A stretch of DNA of 63,818 bases, counting the filler, from Octopus bimaculoides (Eukaryota): assembly GCF_001194135.2 (NCBI RefSeq). It is 6 parts of 6 records of this genome, joined end to end, with 100 filler letters (N's around TTAATTAATTAA, not from the genome) between each part and the next. Parts side by side here need not be neighbours in the genome. Positions count along the whole stretch, not along the records: positions 26,381 to 46,168 come from NC_068981.1; positions 46,269 to 51,222 come from NC_068990.1; positions 51,323 to 61,000 come from NC_068985.1; 3 more parts are not named here. One strand, 5' to 3'. The number at the start of each line of letters is the position of its first letter. Within the stretch, counting starts at the first letter, position 1. A program made the translations under genes and the position numbers. Shown one piece after another: positions 39,651 to 54,243 of this stretch. Below the pieces are notes generated by a model. That model made no database searches, was not told the DNA's origin, and saw nothing but the letters and a program-made list of their open reading frames with translations.

Positions 39651-40139
39651 CCCCTCTCTCTCTCTCTCTCTCTCNNNNNNNNNNNNNNNNNNNNNNNNNN
39701 NNNNNNNNNNNNNNNNNNNNNNNNNNNNNNNNNNNNNNNNNNNNNNNNNNNNNNNNNNNNNNNNNNNNNNNNNNNNNNNNNNNNNNNNNNNNNNNNNNNN
39801 NNNNNNNNNNNNNNNNNNNNNNNNNNNNNNNNNNNNNNNNNNNNNNNNNNNNNNNNNNNNNNNNNNNNNNNNNNNNNNNNNNNNNNNNNNNNNNNNNNNN
39901 NNNNNNNNNNNNNNNNNNNNNNNNNNNNNNNNNNNNNNNNNNNNNNNNNNNNNNNNNNNNNNNNNNNNNNNNNNNNNNNNNNNNNNNNNNNNNNNNNNNN
40001 NNNNNNNNNNNNNNNNNNNNNNNNNNNNNNNNNNNNNNNNNNNNNNNNNNNNNNNNNNNNNNNNNNNNNNNNNNNNNNNNNNNNNNNNNNNNNNNNNNNN
40101 NNNNNNNNNNNNNNNNNNNNNNNNNNNNNNNNNNNNNNN

Positions 40140-40197
<58 letters not shown>

Positions 40198-40199
<2 letters not shown>

Positions 40200-40485
40200 G
40201 GTCTCTTTTGCCGAACCGCTAAGTTACGGGGACATAAACACACCAGCATCGGTTGTCAAGCGGTTGTCAAGGGGACAAACACAGACATACAAACACATAC
40301 ACACATACGTATATATATACATATATACGACAGGCTTCTTTCAGTTTCCGTCTACCAAATCCACTCACAAGGCATTGGTCGGTCCGAGGCTATAGTAGAA
40401 GACACTTGCCCAAGATGCCACGCAATGGGACTGAACCCGGGACCATGTGGCTGGTAAGCAAGCTACTTACCACACAGCCACTCCT
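40198..40485 (-). mobile_element. Family C SINE (3' part lost in the gap)
   Basis: Near-identical to 58065-58340. Confidence 0.88.
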
Positions 40486-40874
40486 ATCAATTTATTGATA
40501 AAGAAAATCTTTCCAGTCGTGACAGTTCCCTCTTGTTTTCGGAAACAGTCTCTTTACCACTACATAATTCATTATGTACTTCTTTTTATTTTTGGAGATT
40601 TCGCTACCATTTCTAGCCAGTCAGTGACCAAGTTGACGCTTCCACAAATGTATGATGTTTTGGGTACATAGATTGAAAAATAATGGATGAATTGTTAATG
40701 GCGGTTGCAAAGCACAAACAGGAGTCCTGTAGTCTGTCATTGAATATGAGAACTACTGATGGGGGAGGTGGGGAGACTTATTACTTCGATAAGTGGCTAA
40801 GGTTACCAAGGCACAATTCGTCGAGTGGCAACTCAACATTTATCTCAACATAGATAACAGCTATCACGGTTCTT

Positions 40875-43609
40875 GGAACATTCGCCGTAAACATTTTTGA
40901 CGCAGGAAAACTCGCTTCGAAATTATCGCCGAAGGAAACTTTGCCGTAAGATATTTTCGAAGATATGGCGGACAACATGATTTAGAGAAACAGCAGCTCT
41001 GAAAAAAAATTGCTTTATATATATGTGTTTGTGTGTGTGTGATTTTTATAATTCTATTTTAGATTTTATTGGGGGGATTTTTTGTTTTTTATTCTTTGTA
41101 AATGTTATCATATTTATATTTATTAGTTTTTATCTCAGCAGAATTATTATTATTATTATTATTATTATTGGAAACATTATCATCTTTTAGATTGCTTTAT
41201 TTTGCCCCACCCCAACCCGACCCCTGTAGCTTTGCCATACTCTTCCTCACACCCTTTACCCCAAAGTGCCCAGGAAGGAGCAAAGATAGAGGTTTGTGAT
41301 GGATCGGCTGTCGTGAGTCATTCGGTTCTGTTCCAAACATTGATGTATTTTGGTAAGGAAAAAAGGCCTTGTATTGATAGGACCTAATTATGAAAAGCAT
41401 TATTTAACATGTTCTTTTTTCAGGGTCAAACAGTAGAAAATAAATAAAAGAAAGTATAAATTTATTTTAAAACATATGAAACTCTAAAAATTGACAAAAA
41501 GGCAATTTAAAATGTGCGCAAATTCCAAGCAATGCTTCGTAAATAAACTGTTTTCTGTGTCGGGCAGCAATGAAGCGTTTCCCGTTGAAGTCTTTCGTTA
41601 ATATCAAAATATATTTTCTTCATTAGGATTGCATCTCTTTGATTTAAATCACGCTTTTTCTTTTTCACTAATCTCTCTTCCTTTTTCAAATACCTTATAA
41701 GTTTCCATAAATTTGGGTGCATCTTAGTAATGGAGCTTTGCATTGCATGGTGGAAGCCTTCGACGCTGTTGTTTGTTCATATCATATTCTGGGTTCTTTC
41801 GAAAACATTCCACAATTCAATAGGAAAAGTTGGCTGCATTCTTCGCCTTCGCTCGCCTCGACCTCGTTCTCCTCCTATATAGTGAGTTTCAAAATATGAT
41901 ACAAATTTTGCAGGGCAACCCATCATCATCAGTTAGTTCAAGAAAACCCTCAATAACATCACACGCTGGGAGAAATGATAATGCAGCGAAGCATTTGATT
42001 TTGTTGTTGAATCCTGCGTCTGTTTGATAGCGACACTTTAAACCTTATATCCACAATGTGGCGATAGATATTCTTATCTAAATGAAATAAACAACTTGTT
42101 CTATTTGTTGTTGAAAATACATCACAGAAAGCATTGATAATTGCTTTCTGGAAATCAACCATTAAGGTTTCAGGCTCTAATGATGGGTATAAATCCTTCA
42201 AAGCACTAACGACCCTTCCGTACGTTACTTGTGATGTATTAGGTAGCAAAACAAAAAAAGCGTGGTATGCTAACATTTCGTATGACAATATCTAACATGG
42301 ACAACTGGTAATATGTATTGAAAGTACCATCACAAACCCAATCATTATTATTCTCAAAGTCATCTAACCCAGCTTGTGTGCCAAACACTAAAATTCTCTC
42401 CGGATTATCTTCACCAAAATCGTATAATAAAAGGTTCTCACCATTTTCAAGAAATCTAAATTCTTCAGGTATTATATACCCACTTCTTTCAGTTGGGATC
42501 AGGGCAGCTTGGATTTTCTTTTGCCTCCAACATCTAATATTCTTTTTCTACTCTAGGCACTAGGCCCGAAATTTTGGGTGGGAGGAGAACAGTCGATTAG
42601 ATCGACTCCAGTGCACAATTGGTACTTAATTTATCGACCCCGAAAGGATGAAAGGCAAAGTCGACTTCGGCGGAATTTGAACTCAGAACGTAAAGACAGA
42701 CGAAATACCGCTAAGCATTTCGCCCGGCGTGCTAACGTTTCTTATTTCTTTATTGCCCACAAGGGGCTAAACATAGAGGGAACAAACAAGGACAGACAAA
42801 AGGATTAAGTCGATTACATCGACCCCAGTACGTAACTGGTACTTAATTTATCGACCCCGAAAGGATGAAAGGCAAAGTCGACCTCGGCGGAATTTGAACG
42901 TAGAACGTAGCGGCAGACGAAATACCGCTAAGCATTTCGCTCGGTGTGCTAACGTTTCTGCCAGCTCGCCGCCTTATCCAACCTCTAATCTTGCAAGATA
43001 AATGTGATGACGTCAGCATAAGTGACACTGCATTATCATCTAAACTAGATGAAATTTCTGCGATTAACGACCGTGCAGAAGTTTATGGATTAGTGGCTGG
43101 TGATTTCAATTTCGTTTTTGCGATGTCAACTTTTCGTTTTGAAGGATGAGAAGGATGACAATGCTCACCAAATGCTTTACATAGAGATAAACTATCATTT
43201 TCCAGCACTCTTGCTTTACATTCTCTATTTTCACATTTCCAATATGTTTTTTCACCGTATTTTGTATCAATCCTATAAACACAGTTAAGATCATCAACTA
43301 ATTTCACACCGCCTCTGCTAGTTCCCACTTGACAGACCATTGTAATGGGTTGGCAACACAAAAACAAATATTGTCGAATGAATAAAAAAAATTTTAATGA
43401 GTTAGAAATTACTTTACTCCTACTTATTGGTTTCTCTAATAATCTAACAGAGAGATTGGTTGAAACAATTATATACCAAGAGAGCAATTCATCTTTTTAA
43501 TTTTCGGTAAACTTGTCTTGTAGCAAAATCCCCAATGCACCGAATTTTCCTACAGCCATAATCCTGACACGAATTTTCCTGCAGCAAAAATGTCTGCGGC
43601 AAACTTTCC
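40875..43609 (-). mobile_element. Decayed FLYWCH-containing Mutator-like (MULE) DNA transposon with degenerate TIRs
   Basis: FLYWCH-like YWKC..C..H.H (43083-43340); WVCDGTF, MVDFQKAIINAF..CLFHL, HPNLWKLI (41507-42540). Inverted ends ~40875-40960 and ~43500-43609 with ttcgccgNaggaaaa subrepeats. Interrupted by SINEs. Confidence 0.88.
42539..42976 (-). mobile_element. Composite of two related SINEs (family B + family A) inserted in the MULE transposase
   Basis: Two head-body units; outer TSD tccaac(a/c)tctaat at 42526-42538 and 42977-42989. Confidence 0.88.
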
Positions 43610-43895
43610 GGATACGCATACATACATGCATACATACATGCATACATACATACATTATTACATGCATACATACATACATTATTACATGCAAAAATACCAT
43701 GTTGTTGAAGTTAAAATTCCAATGAAGGAGCCTTGGATCTAGGTTAGAAACCGGTTCTTTCTCTTTTGGCAAGAAATCTTGAAATAAACTGAATAATGAC
43801 ATATACACATACAAGCATACATACATACATACATACATACATACATACATACATACAAAATAGATGGTGAAATATTGGAAGCAGTTCAACAGAAA

Positions 43896-45090
43896 ATGCC
43901 CTGGCTCAGACCTCATAACAGGCAATTGACTGAAGAATTTCACCTGTTAACGGCGAGATCTCATACAGTCGCATGAAGAAGGTATAAAGAGAACACAAGA
44001 ACTGTCGGAATTGTCATCATCTCCCAGAATAGTCAAACCACCGATGCTAGAAATTACCGCCAATAGCCTGCCAGAACATCATGTACAAGCTATACACTGG
44101 GTGCCTGAATCTGTTCTTGCAGGATCATTGTGCCACCAACAGTATTATAGCTCCAGAGCAAGTTGGAAATAAAAAGGAGCTATGGGCAACATTGTATGAG
44201 TGGGCAGTGAACTCCTCAAGAAGCACTCTCTTCCTGATGATCTCCTATGCAGCCCCAAAACAGCTGGGCTCTCTTACCACAGAGAAGACCTGGATAGAAA
44301 ACACTCAGTATACAAAAAAATAAAGGCCATGCATGGGTATGTTGCCCAGAAGACAGTAAAATCGACATGAAGCGAAGCCTCTCTTGGACACAAGACCACT
44401 ACATCACATCACACTTTGAAGGTTATGTGTTTGTAATTCAGGAACAGGAGATTGCCACAAAGTACTTGCGGAACAAGAGAGACAGTGATGCTCTTGTAAT
44501 CCCACATGTGTAGGCTATGTCATGTTTCTGTGGAAGACATTACGCAAGTGATTAGCAGCTGTCCTAAAATGTCGTCACAGGACTACCTCCCTGTGCAGCA
44601 CGATGTTGTTGCTAAAACAATTTACAATGCCATCCGCAAAAAAGACTGTCCTGAAATAAACTTAGAAAATCCCTCTATTATAGAATATATTCACAAACAC
44701 CAACTGAAGGAATACTGGTGGAATATTTCTATCAAGACATCTGTAAAATGTAGACATAACAGGCCGGATGCTGTTGTTTGGGACAAAGGGGCAAAGTTAT
44801 GTACCATCATAGAGGTTAGCTGCCTTGCGGATATAAATATTTCTTTGAAAATCAAAGAAAAAGAGGATATCTATGGACAACTGCTTCGAAACCACCAGTT
44901 TCTATATCCAGACTATGAGTTCATATTCATACCAATAATAATTAGAGCAATAGGTTTCGTTAGTAAGTGCTTAAAGGAGAATCTGGATAAACTGGGATTC
45001 TCAGAAAGAGAAATTGACCGGATGATTCATACATAACAAGTCCAATCTGTGAGTGGAACAGTAAAAAGTTCCAAATGTGAATTTGTCTGT
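43896..45090 (+). mobile_element. Internally deleted R4/Dong-like LINE (RT start, CCHC finger, RLE)
   Basis: RNYRPIAC.NIMYKLYTG; QEQEIATKY; CRLC..EDITQVISSC; HNRPDAVVWDK..IIEVSC. Confidence 0.88.
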
Positions 45091-45626
45091 GTTAACTCCA
45101 TCCCAAAGATGGAGCCTTGTATAAGTGGAAGATTTATAATAATTAAAAAAAATTGAAGAGACATACATACAGACAGATAGACAGACAGAAAGATATATAC
45201 ACATATATGTGTGTGTGTATTTGTGTGAGTGTGCAAACGATGTAAGCTCTACTTCACTCAGTGGACAGGAATCCTAAAAACTCGCTCAATCCGAAGATTT
45301 TTTTAAACTCCAGGAACGAGGTATTCTATCAATGCCGGCGTCTAAAACGTTTCCTATTTCAGATTTGGAATTCTCTATTCGTTGAATAGTCCCACCACAG
45401 TTCCTATGGCCGGAATCGACGTAAGAAGGATAACCCAGTCCCACAATATGGGCAATTAATTTTTGTTTACAAAACCAACTAACCGTTACTATTTCCTTCT
45501 CCAGTTCTAAAGAGGTTATGCGCCTTTAGCCATTTATAAGTCTGACGAATGTCCTATACTGCTAAGCGCTTTGTAGGTGCGAAACCAACGGTCACTCTAT
45601 GACTGATCATAACTTTTAACGTCTTG

Positions 45627-45688
<62 letters not shown>

Positions 45689-45754
45689 NNNNNNNNNNTA
45701 TATATACATACATAAATACACACAAACACACGAATATATATATATATAGTTGAA

Positions 45755-45910
45755 ATTTACAGAAAAACAAAAGACAGGTGTATAAACAAACAAGCAGGTG
45801 TATTAGTTTGACGCCCGGGAAGGTGAGAAAGTTTTTTTACGTTTCGCGCCTACGCTCTTCAACAGAAAGGAACACAGAAATAAACAAAGGAAGAATAAAA
45901 AAAACTTTTG
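45755..45910 (-). mobile_element. Penelope-like terminal repeat fragment with a degenerate hammerhead-like core
   Basis: Minus strand ctttCTGTTGAagagcgtaggcgcGAAACGTAaaaaac, resembling PLE terminal motifs. Confidence 0.45.
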
Positions 45911-46108
45911 GAGTTAGAAGTCAATCATGGCGGTCAATCGTATATGAATATACACACATATTTGTATAGGAGTGTGTGTGTATATGTATCTGTTTGTGTG
46001 TGTGTCTGGTTTGTGTATTTATATATGTTCTTTCCCAACCTCACTTAAAACATGCATACTTGTATTCGCCGTTCAATCCTCCGTTAACCAATTCTTGTAT
46101 AATGTGTT

Positions 46109-46168
<60 letters not shown>

Positions 46169-46268
46169 NNNNNNNNNNNNNNNNNNNNNNNNNNNNNNNN
46201 NNNNNNNNNNNNTTAATTAATTAANNNNNNNNNNNNNNNNNNNNNNNNNNNNNNNNNNNNNNNNNNNN

Positions 46269-46311
<43 letters not shown>

Positions 46312-46738
46312 ATGTATATATATGTACATGTATGTATATATACATGTATATATCTATATATACATGTATATATATAGATAATTCCGCACTAATTTTTGGT
46401 GCCTCAACTTAAGTACCTAATTCATCTGCATCTCAATCATTTTGCTTTTATATATATGCTTGTGTGTGTATGTATGTGTATGTGTGCATGCGTGTGTGTT
46501 TGTGTGTGTATGTGTGTGTATAAAGATATATATATATTTACATATATATATATAAATATATATATATACACACATATGTGTATAAATACCAGCATCCATA
46601 CACATATTCTTCATTTGTAGATTCACAATGCTACCATTAGTTTTCCACTTAAACGTGTTACTAATCTATCTCCAACCTGGATATAGCAACGTGAGATTGT
46701 TCCAAACATATGTATATATGTATGTAGGTATACATATA

Positions 46739-46793
<55 letters not shown>

Positions 46794-46988
46794 GTACATA
46801 TCTTTGCATTCCTCCATACGTCTTTCTTGTTTCTATTCCGAGAAATATCTTTACCTCGAAACGTTCAGAAATCTACCACCTTCTTTATATTTCATTGTGC
46901 ATTAAACTAAGTCATACTGTTTTTACTTTGACTTCAGTATTATTTTCAGATAAAAGTTTTAAGCTATACACTCACCACACACGCATAC

Positions 46989-47043
<55 letters not shown>

Positions 47044-47751
47044 CATCCCTATAGACATAGATATGTATATATATATATATACATATATATACATACATAC
47101 ATACATACATGTATGTATGTATGTATGTATGTATGTATATATGAACGCTGTCCCAACATGGCTACAGTCTAATGACTGAAACAAGTAAAACATAATAGAT
47201 AAACATTCAGAGAGAGTCGGGGAGCTTTAAAATAGTATGAGACCAAAAGATCACCAAATAGAGAATCCTGCAGATTTCAGGCATATAAAACGGTGATCAT
47301 TCAACACAAGGCCAGAACTGAGCCTGATTTCGGTATTTCATTGATACTTTATTTTATACTCCCCTCCTTAAAAGCAGAAAATGGAAAGAAGATTTAGACG
47401 TGATTTAGATTAAGAAACACGGTGATATATAACTAAATACTGTAAAATATATCTACCGTTTCTTTCACTCTAGCAGCATTTTAAATCCCAATATTTATCG
47501 AGCAAGGGCATTAACATCAGCCTCTGAGATCAGTTGAAGACCTCTTCTATCTTTATTTGTTTCAGTCATTTCACTGTGATCAAACTAAATCACTGCCTTG
47601 GAAGATTCAGTCAAACAAATTGACCTCAGTACGTTTTTTTTTTGTTCTTAAGTTTAATACTTATTTCATCCGTTCCATTTTGCCGGATAGGTAAACAAAC
47701 TAACACCGGCCGTCAAGCAGTGGGTGAGACAAACCCAGATAGACTCATACG

Positions 47752-47792
<41 letters not shown>

Positions 47793-50424
47793 TTATAGAT
47801 AGATAGATACATACATACATACATACATATGTACACACATCTATATTACATACATACATACATACATACATACACGATAGTGTTCCATTCAGTTTCTGTC
47901 AAGCGAATTCACTCACAAAGCATGGGTAGTCTCAGGGCTTCAGTAGAAGACACTTGCCTAGGGTGGCGTGTAGTTGGACTGGACCCAAAACCAAACAATC
48001 GCAAAGGGGGCTTCTTAACAACAGAGCCATAAAAACAAAATCGAACAAAAGTCTGAAATAAGCATAAGCAATCAAATTAATCAGTAACAATACCAGACAA
48101 AATAATTGGTTTTAAAGTTTTTTCACTCACGGTTCTGGTGTGTAGAAAGGATCGGAACTATGGCGAATATATTGAGTGCAATGAAACACACGGAATGCTA
48201 GCCCAGCTAGAAAGTCTCTTGAAGACAAATATCCTGCCACAGGGCGAACAGTGAACCCAGTTCTCTCTGGAAGTAAAGAAAATAAACAATCTGGAGATTT
48301 CTTCCTAAAGAACAAGAACTCGTTAGTTTGTTTTTATTTACTTATTTATTGATTAGTCAGGTGGAAAGGTGGTGTCCATAATCTTTTACAAGGCCTTCAA
48401 GGCTAGTAGGAGAGAGGAAAGTAGCCTTAAACCAGTAACCTGACCTAAATGCTTCTCACAGAGTGTGCTTCACTGAAGTTGCCCAAGGACTTAAGTCTAC
48501 CACCTACGTTTTTCAGGGCAGGACTTGAATTTAGAATGTAAAGATCAGGAACAAATATTGTAAAGTATTTGGTCTGACATTACAGTTCTGCTAATCCACC
48601 GTCCTAGGTTAATACTTTTTTATTGCCTCTGCGAAAGGATGAAAGACAAAGTTTACTTCAGCAGAATTTGAACTCGAGACGGAGAGAATTGGACCAAATA
48701 TTGCAAGACGCTTTATCCGACACTCTAATGACTCTTCCAGTTCAAGGAAGGTCTAGTAGAAAATCTGTCATACGATAAAGCAGAGTGTCAGGATTCGGAT
48801 TCATTCGAGAGAAAAATAACATCGTACATCTAATCTGGTAAGCAAATAATTAGAGTACACAGAAAGTACAGTCAATGTTATGATATCAGCAACTTCCTGG
48901 CTGCGTCCATATAGAGTAAAAAAGTGAGATGACCATCAGCTTTTAGAAGTTTGAATGAACCAAAGAACACGGCCTCTAAGTGATCGCTCGATCTGCTAGA
49001 GACAGCAGCCAAATCTTCAAATCATATCTTACCGTTTTAAATAAATCACAACTGTAGGTTGCAAGAAAGTTTGACTCGTTGGTATATACCATGCTTTCGC
49101 AAATTATATCAGGTGACTTTGTAGTCGGGAGCAGACATACATACACCCTCTCGACCCATCAACTTTGACCCCGCAGAACTTCCAGGGTGTAATAAGTGGA
49201 GAGTGCAGGTGCTGCATTAGTAAACGGCTGGTGCTAAGTAGATTGTAGCACGTAAAAAGAAGGATCTTGCTCAATGATACAATTTCAGATATCGAACCTA
49301 CACCCTTCCGAGCTCAGCACCCTAATCACTATGATACGCACTTTCTCTGAACAAGGCTGTAATATGACAATGATTTATTAAGTTACAGTAGGTCTGAAAA
49401 AAAGGCAATAGTCTCGGTTGCAATTCCTTTGATCACGGACCTGCTCGATCAGAGCTGACCTAGAGCCAAAGAGAAGCAATAAATATTAACGGGGTGAGGA
49501 AAACTGAGAAGTCACTCGACTCACTATAAAGAGCAGTCAAATCGATTGATTAATCGCTTAACTAAACTGTGCCATGAATTTTTGTGGTTTTATTAAATCA
49601 TACTAATGCTTCAATATCTTAAAATACAGGTTATTCATATTTTGTTATGAAACAAGTATGATTAATAAAACAAGATAAACAATAGATTTTTTTTTTCTCA
49701 TTTTAAACTTTAAAACATAGTTTCATTTAACTTTCCATACAAAGTGGAGGGGATATGTGAGAGGAGTAAGAAATTAAGGAGGAGTAAAAGAGGATAGAAT
49801 AGTAAGAGGGGGATAAGATAAGAAACATAATTAAATCTTGAAAGCAATGAGTGCGTTGCGGTCTGATATGATATGGTGAGTTGAAAGTTTTCGATCAACT
49901 TAGATTATGAGAGAATTTACAAAAAATATTCCAGCCATATGGAAAAAAACAAGGGTGATAACGTCAATAAGATAAGTTGATTGAATTTTTCTAAAATAAA
50001 AACAATGCAAATTTCAAGCCAGAGTACATATTTAAAGCAAGAAATAACAACGCAATTTTGTTATATGCAAAAGCTTACCTTTGAGGAATTTTGAAACATC
50101 CTCGAGTTGTGGAATATTGTTCTCTCTGTAAAAATAGTTTTATAGATTCTGTTTATTGTCAGTTGTTTAAAGAGTTTCAAAGAAGTATTCATAGCAAATA
50201 ATGTTTTCAAATTTTGGCAAAAGGCCAGAAATTCCCGGAAAAAAGAATAGTCGGTTGCATCAACCCCAGTAATTGACGGGTACTTTATTTTATTGACTCC
50301 GAAAGGAGGAAAGGCAAAATTGGCCTCAGCAAAATTTGAACTCAGAACGTAATGAAAAGAAATGACGACAAGCATTTTGTTCGACGTAGTAATGATTGTC
50401 AATCTAGCAATCTACCACACAAAA

Positions 50425-50483
<59 letters not shown>
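50425..50483. repeat. (GTA)n microsatellite
   Basis: Directly visible. Confidence 0.97.
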
Positions 50484-50484
<1 letters not shown>

Positions 50485-50699
50485 AGCTGGATATATGGAG
50501 AATATAGGGAATGAAATTCTTCCATGTCCTTCATAGAAGATTGCTTTACCGGGCACTATATCGTGTTTTTAAAAATAGTGATGTAACCAATCCTATGCAC
50601 AGTACTAATAATACCTGAGGTTTGTAGATAAGTTTTGGTGTTCGCTAGCAATTAACTCTAGGGAACAAAAATGAATGAAGTATTGGGGGGAGGCATCAT

Positions 50700-51030
50700 A
50701 ACCATGTGTTGAGAGGAATTCTTTGGGGTTTGAATAATTCACCTTTGGAAACATGGGTGTTTTGCTCAATATCCTTAAACAAACCTTATTCAGGAACCTT
50801 TCGAACTGGATGGGCTACTCGACCTGAAGAAAATTCTAACTGGGCCCCACCTGCGAGGTCATGCGCTGTTAATCTTGTTATGAGATCACCATGTCGCGTA
50901 CATATGGTTGTGATGCATGTGCCTGGTGTACCCTTATCAGACGGGTAGTCATGATGAGTGTAATGGGCTTCGTATATTTTACCCGTGTTACTTTGATGGC
51001 ATGCACTGCTCTCTCACTCAATAATAATAA
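50700..51030 (+). mobile_element. Unclassified interspersed repeat with a (TAA)n tail
   Basis: Non-coding GC-richer block ending gcatgcactgctctctcactc(aat)n; recognised only as a probable retroposon 3' end. Confidence 0.35.
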
Positions 51031-51222
51031 GAAAATTGTCACAAGCGACACAAAAACTTGTAAATAGCCTGGATAGACTATAAAAAGGCCTTTGATAGCC
51101 TACCACATAGCTGGATTAGGAAATGTCTGGAAATGTATAAAATAGCTCCTACTCTGCGAAACTTTTTATCTGTAAGTATGAGATCATGGAGAACCACACT
51201 GACGTTGAACAATGACAATGAA
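51029..51222 (+). mobile_element. R4/Dong-like RT fragment, cut by a gap
   Basis: AWIDYKKAFDSLPHSWIRKCLEMYK..WRTTL, preceded by a short (TAA)n. Confidence 0.85.
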
Positions 51223-51354
51223 NNNNNNNNNNNNNNNNNNNNNNNNNNNNNNNNNNNNNNNNNNNNTTAATTAATTAANNNNNNNNNNNNNNNNNNNNNN
51301 NNNNNNNNNNNNNNNNNNNNNNAGAAAAATGGCATACATGATGTTCATATACAT

Positions 51355-51393
<39 letters not shown>

Positions 51394-51563
51394 TATGTAT
51401 GTGCTATAGCATGGCCACAGCCTTAAGGCTGAAACATATAAAAGAATAAAAAATTCACCAGATCAGAGTTGAAACCCATGAAAAGAAATATATATTAATA
51501 TGTATGTATATCTATATCTATACACACACACACACGCACACACACACACACATAAATGTATAC

Positions 51564-51594
<31 letters not shown>

Positions 51595-51936
51595 TGTATG
51601 TATGTATGTATGTATGTATCATTCGAATATATGAAGTTTTGTGTTCCGTGGCTGTTTCTGGCACTGAGGTTACTCGTATCCAGCAGCATCTGTTCTATGG
51701 CCCAAGTATCCAAAGGCACAATACAAGCAGTATCATACTGAACATAACAGGAAATTTTGTTAAAATCTTTTATTTATTTATTTATTTTTTTTCCTGAAAT
51801 ATGAGAAAATGATGTCACAAAATAATTCTCTTTTTATTCAATACATGTTGATTGGGTGTGTGTAAATATATGAATGTATGCATGTGTATATGCATGTTTG
51901 TGTGTGTGTGTGTGCACGTGTGTGCATGTGTGAGCA

Positions 51937-51987
<51 letters not shown>

Positions 51988-52195
51988 AAAAAGAGAGAAA
52001 GAAGTAGTATATGTGAATGGATGTAAATATTATGTCTGCAAAGATATGTATATATTCTAACAGAGTGGTTACTCCTGAAAGTCAATGCATATATTCCCAT
52101 GTACACATTACTGTGTATCTAAACCAAACACAGGACACATGTACACGCGCGCGCGCATACATGCATAGAAACACACAGACAGTTGTATGTCTGTG

Positions 52196-52247
<52 letters not shown>

Positions 52248-52783
52248 TCCACGCACATATATATATTCATATATATATATATATATATATATATACACCC
52301 ANNNNNNNNNNNNNNNNNNNNNNNNNNNNNNNNNNNNNNNNNNNNNNNNNNNNNNNNNNNNNNNNNNNNNNNNNNNNNNNNNNNNNNNNNNNNNNNNNNN
52401 NNNNNNNNNNNNNNNNNNNNNNNNNNNNNNNNNNNNNNNNNNNNNNNNNNNNNNNNNNNNNNNNNNNNNNNNNNNNNNNNNNNNNNNNNNNNNNNNNNNN
52501 NNNNNNNNNNNNNNNNNNNNNNNNNNNNNNNNNNNNNNNNNNNNNNNNNNNNNNNNNNNNNNNNNNNNNNNNNNNNNNNNNNNNNNNNNNNNNNNNNNNN
52601 NNNNNNNNNNNNNNNNNNNNNNNNNNNNNNNNNNNNNNNNNNNNNNNNNNNNNNNNNNNNNNNNNNNNNNNNNNNNNNNNNNNNNNNNNNNNNNNNNNNN
52701 NNNNNNNNNNNNNNNNNNNNNNNNNNNNNNNNNNNNNNNNNNNNNNNNNNNNNNNNNNNNNNNNNNNNNNNNNNNNNNNNNNN

Positions 52784-52833
<50 letters not shown>

Positions 52834-53011
52834 CATACACACAAGTGTTTGTATGATACTTGTCTGTGAATATAGGATTGCTTCTATGTATTTATGAGTA
52901 GATATCTGTATGTGTGTGTGATGAGTGTATAAATGTATGAGAACACTGTATACATGGATCGATATGACGGAAATTCTAGAGGAAACTGTGGTGTTTATAT
53001 AAAATGTATGC

Positions 53012-53042
<31 letters not shown>

Positions 53043-53441
53043 TGTTTATATCAAAACGTGTATGCATATATGTGTGCATGTGTGTTTACATGATTGCATG
53101 TGAGTGTGTTTGTGTGTGGTAATATTACAACATACGCATCCATGTGTGTGTATGTATGTGTGTGTGTGCGTGTGTGTGTATGTCTGTGTGTCTGTGTCTG
53201 TGTACACATACATCTACATATATGTTTTATGAACGCAAATTCTTCTCTAGAATTTTCATCCTGTCAAGCAATGTACACAGTATTCGTAAAGGTTAAAACA
53301 AGTCTCCATCATGAAAAAAAAAGGAAACATTTCTTGATGGCTTAAAGAATTTTCCAGTATATAAAAATAAACAAAGCAAACAAAACAATATAATGTTGAT
53401 CAGCAAACAGCTTTTGGTGCGAAGAATGCAAAATGGCAGTT

Positions 53442-53461
53442 CTATGGTCTGTTCATCAATC
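53442..53461 (-). CDS. Candidate terminal coding exon of the DNAI2-like gene (GLMNRP* if the microexon is included)
   Basis: Strong acceptor cagtttttttacattttgcag|GATTGATGAACAGACCATAG, followed by AT-rich 3'UTR-like sequence. No clear polyA signal identified. Confidence 0.4.
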
Positions 53462-54024
53462 CTGCAAAATGTAAAAAAACTGTCATCATTAAACTAACAT
53501 GGTGTCTTTCAAAATAAGTAAGGAAAACCAACAGACTATGTTTGCAGTTACCTCTAGTGCACACAATTTCTGAAACTGTATGCCTGATCACTTAAAAATC
53601 ACCAGGCATATCAGGACATCCACAATACCAAACCACCAAGTTTTGTCTTACAACATGTTAAACTACTGACAAGCATTTCAACCAGCCATGGCCAAAGTGT
53701 GGCCCTAGTGACTTTCTGAGTGGCACACCAATGGAAAATGAACTTGAATTTTTTTTTAGTAGTGTAACCCATCAGATGATGATGTTTCATGTCTCATGCA
53801 GCCTGCTTGTTGAAAAATTTTGCTCATGCCTGATCTAAATACATTATTAATAATATCAGAATGCTAACACAACCACAAGACTAAAATAATTACATGTTGA
53901 AATCATCCGCAAACACCTAAACACATCAATATTATGCCATAACATTACTACAACATCAAGACAAAGCTCCAGTAAAATGTCAGTCACACAAAAAAGGATA
54001 AAGTTCCAGCACAAATCATATAGA

Positions 54025-54243
54025 CCCATGGGGATAGTTTCCTAGATTCTCTGGAATATATATTTCCCACTGGATGGGATGTTAGTTCATCACAGGAATA
54101 CTCATTTTTGCTGAGTTGACTGGAGCAATCTGAAATAAAGTGCTTTGCTCAAGAACACAACACATCTCCCAGATCAGGAATCAAAACCACAATCTTACAA
54201 TCATGAGTCCAACACCCCTAACCACTAAGCCACACACCCCACT
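54025..54243 (-). mobile_element. Family D SINE, CpG-decayed copy
   Basis: Aligns to 9495-9721, with CpG changed to TpG/CpA at corresponding sites. Confidence 0.82.
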
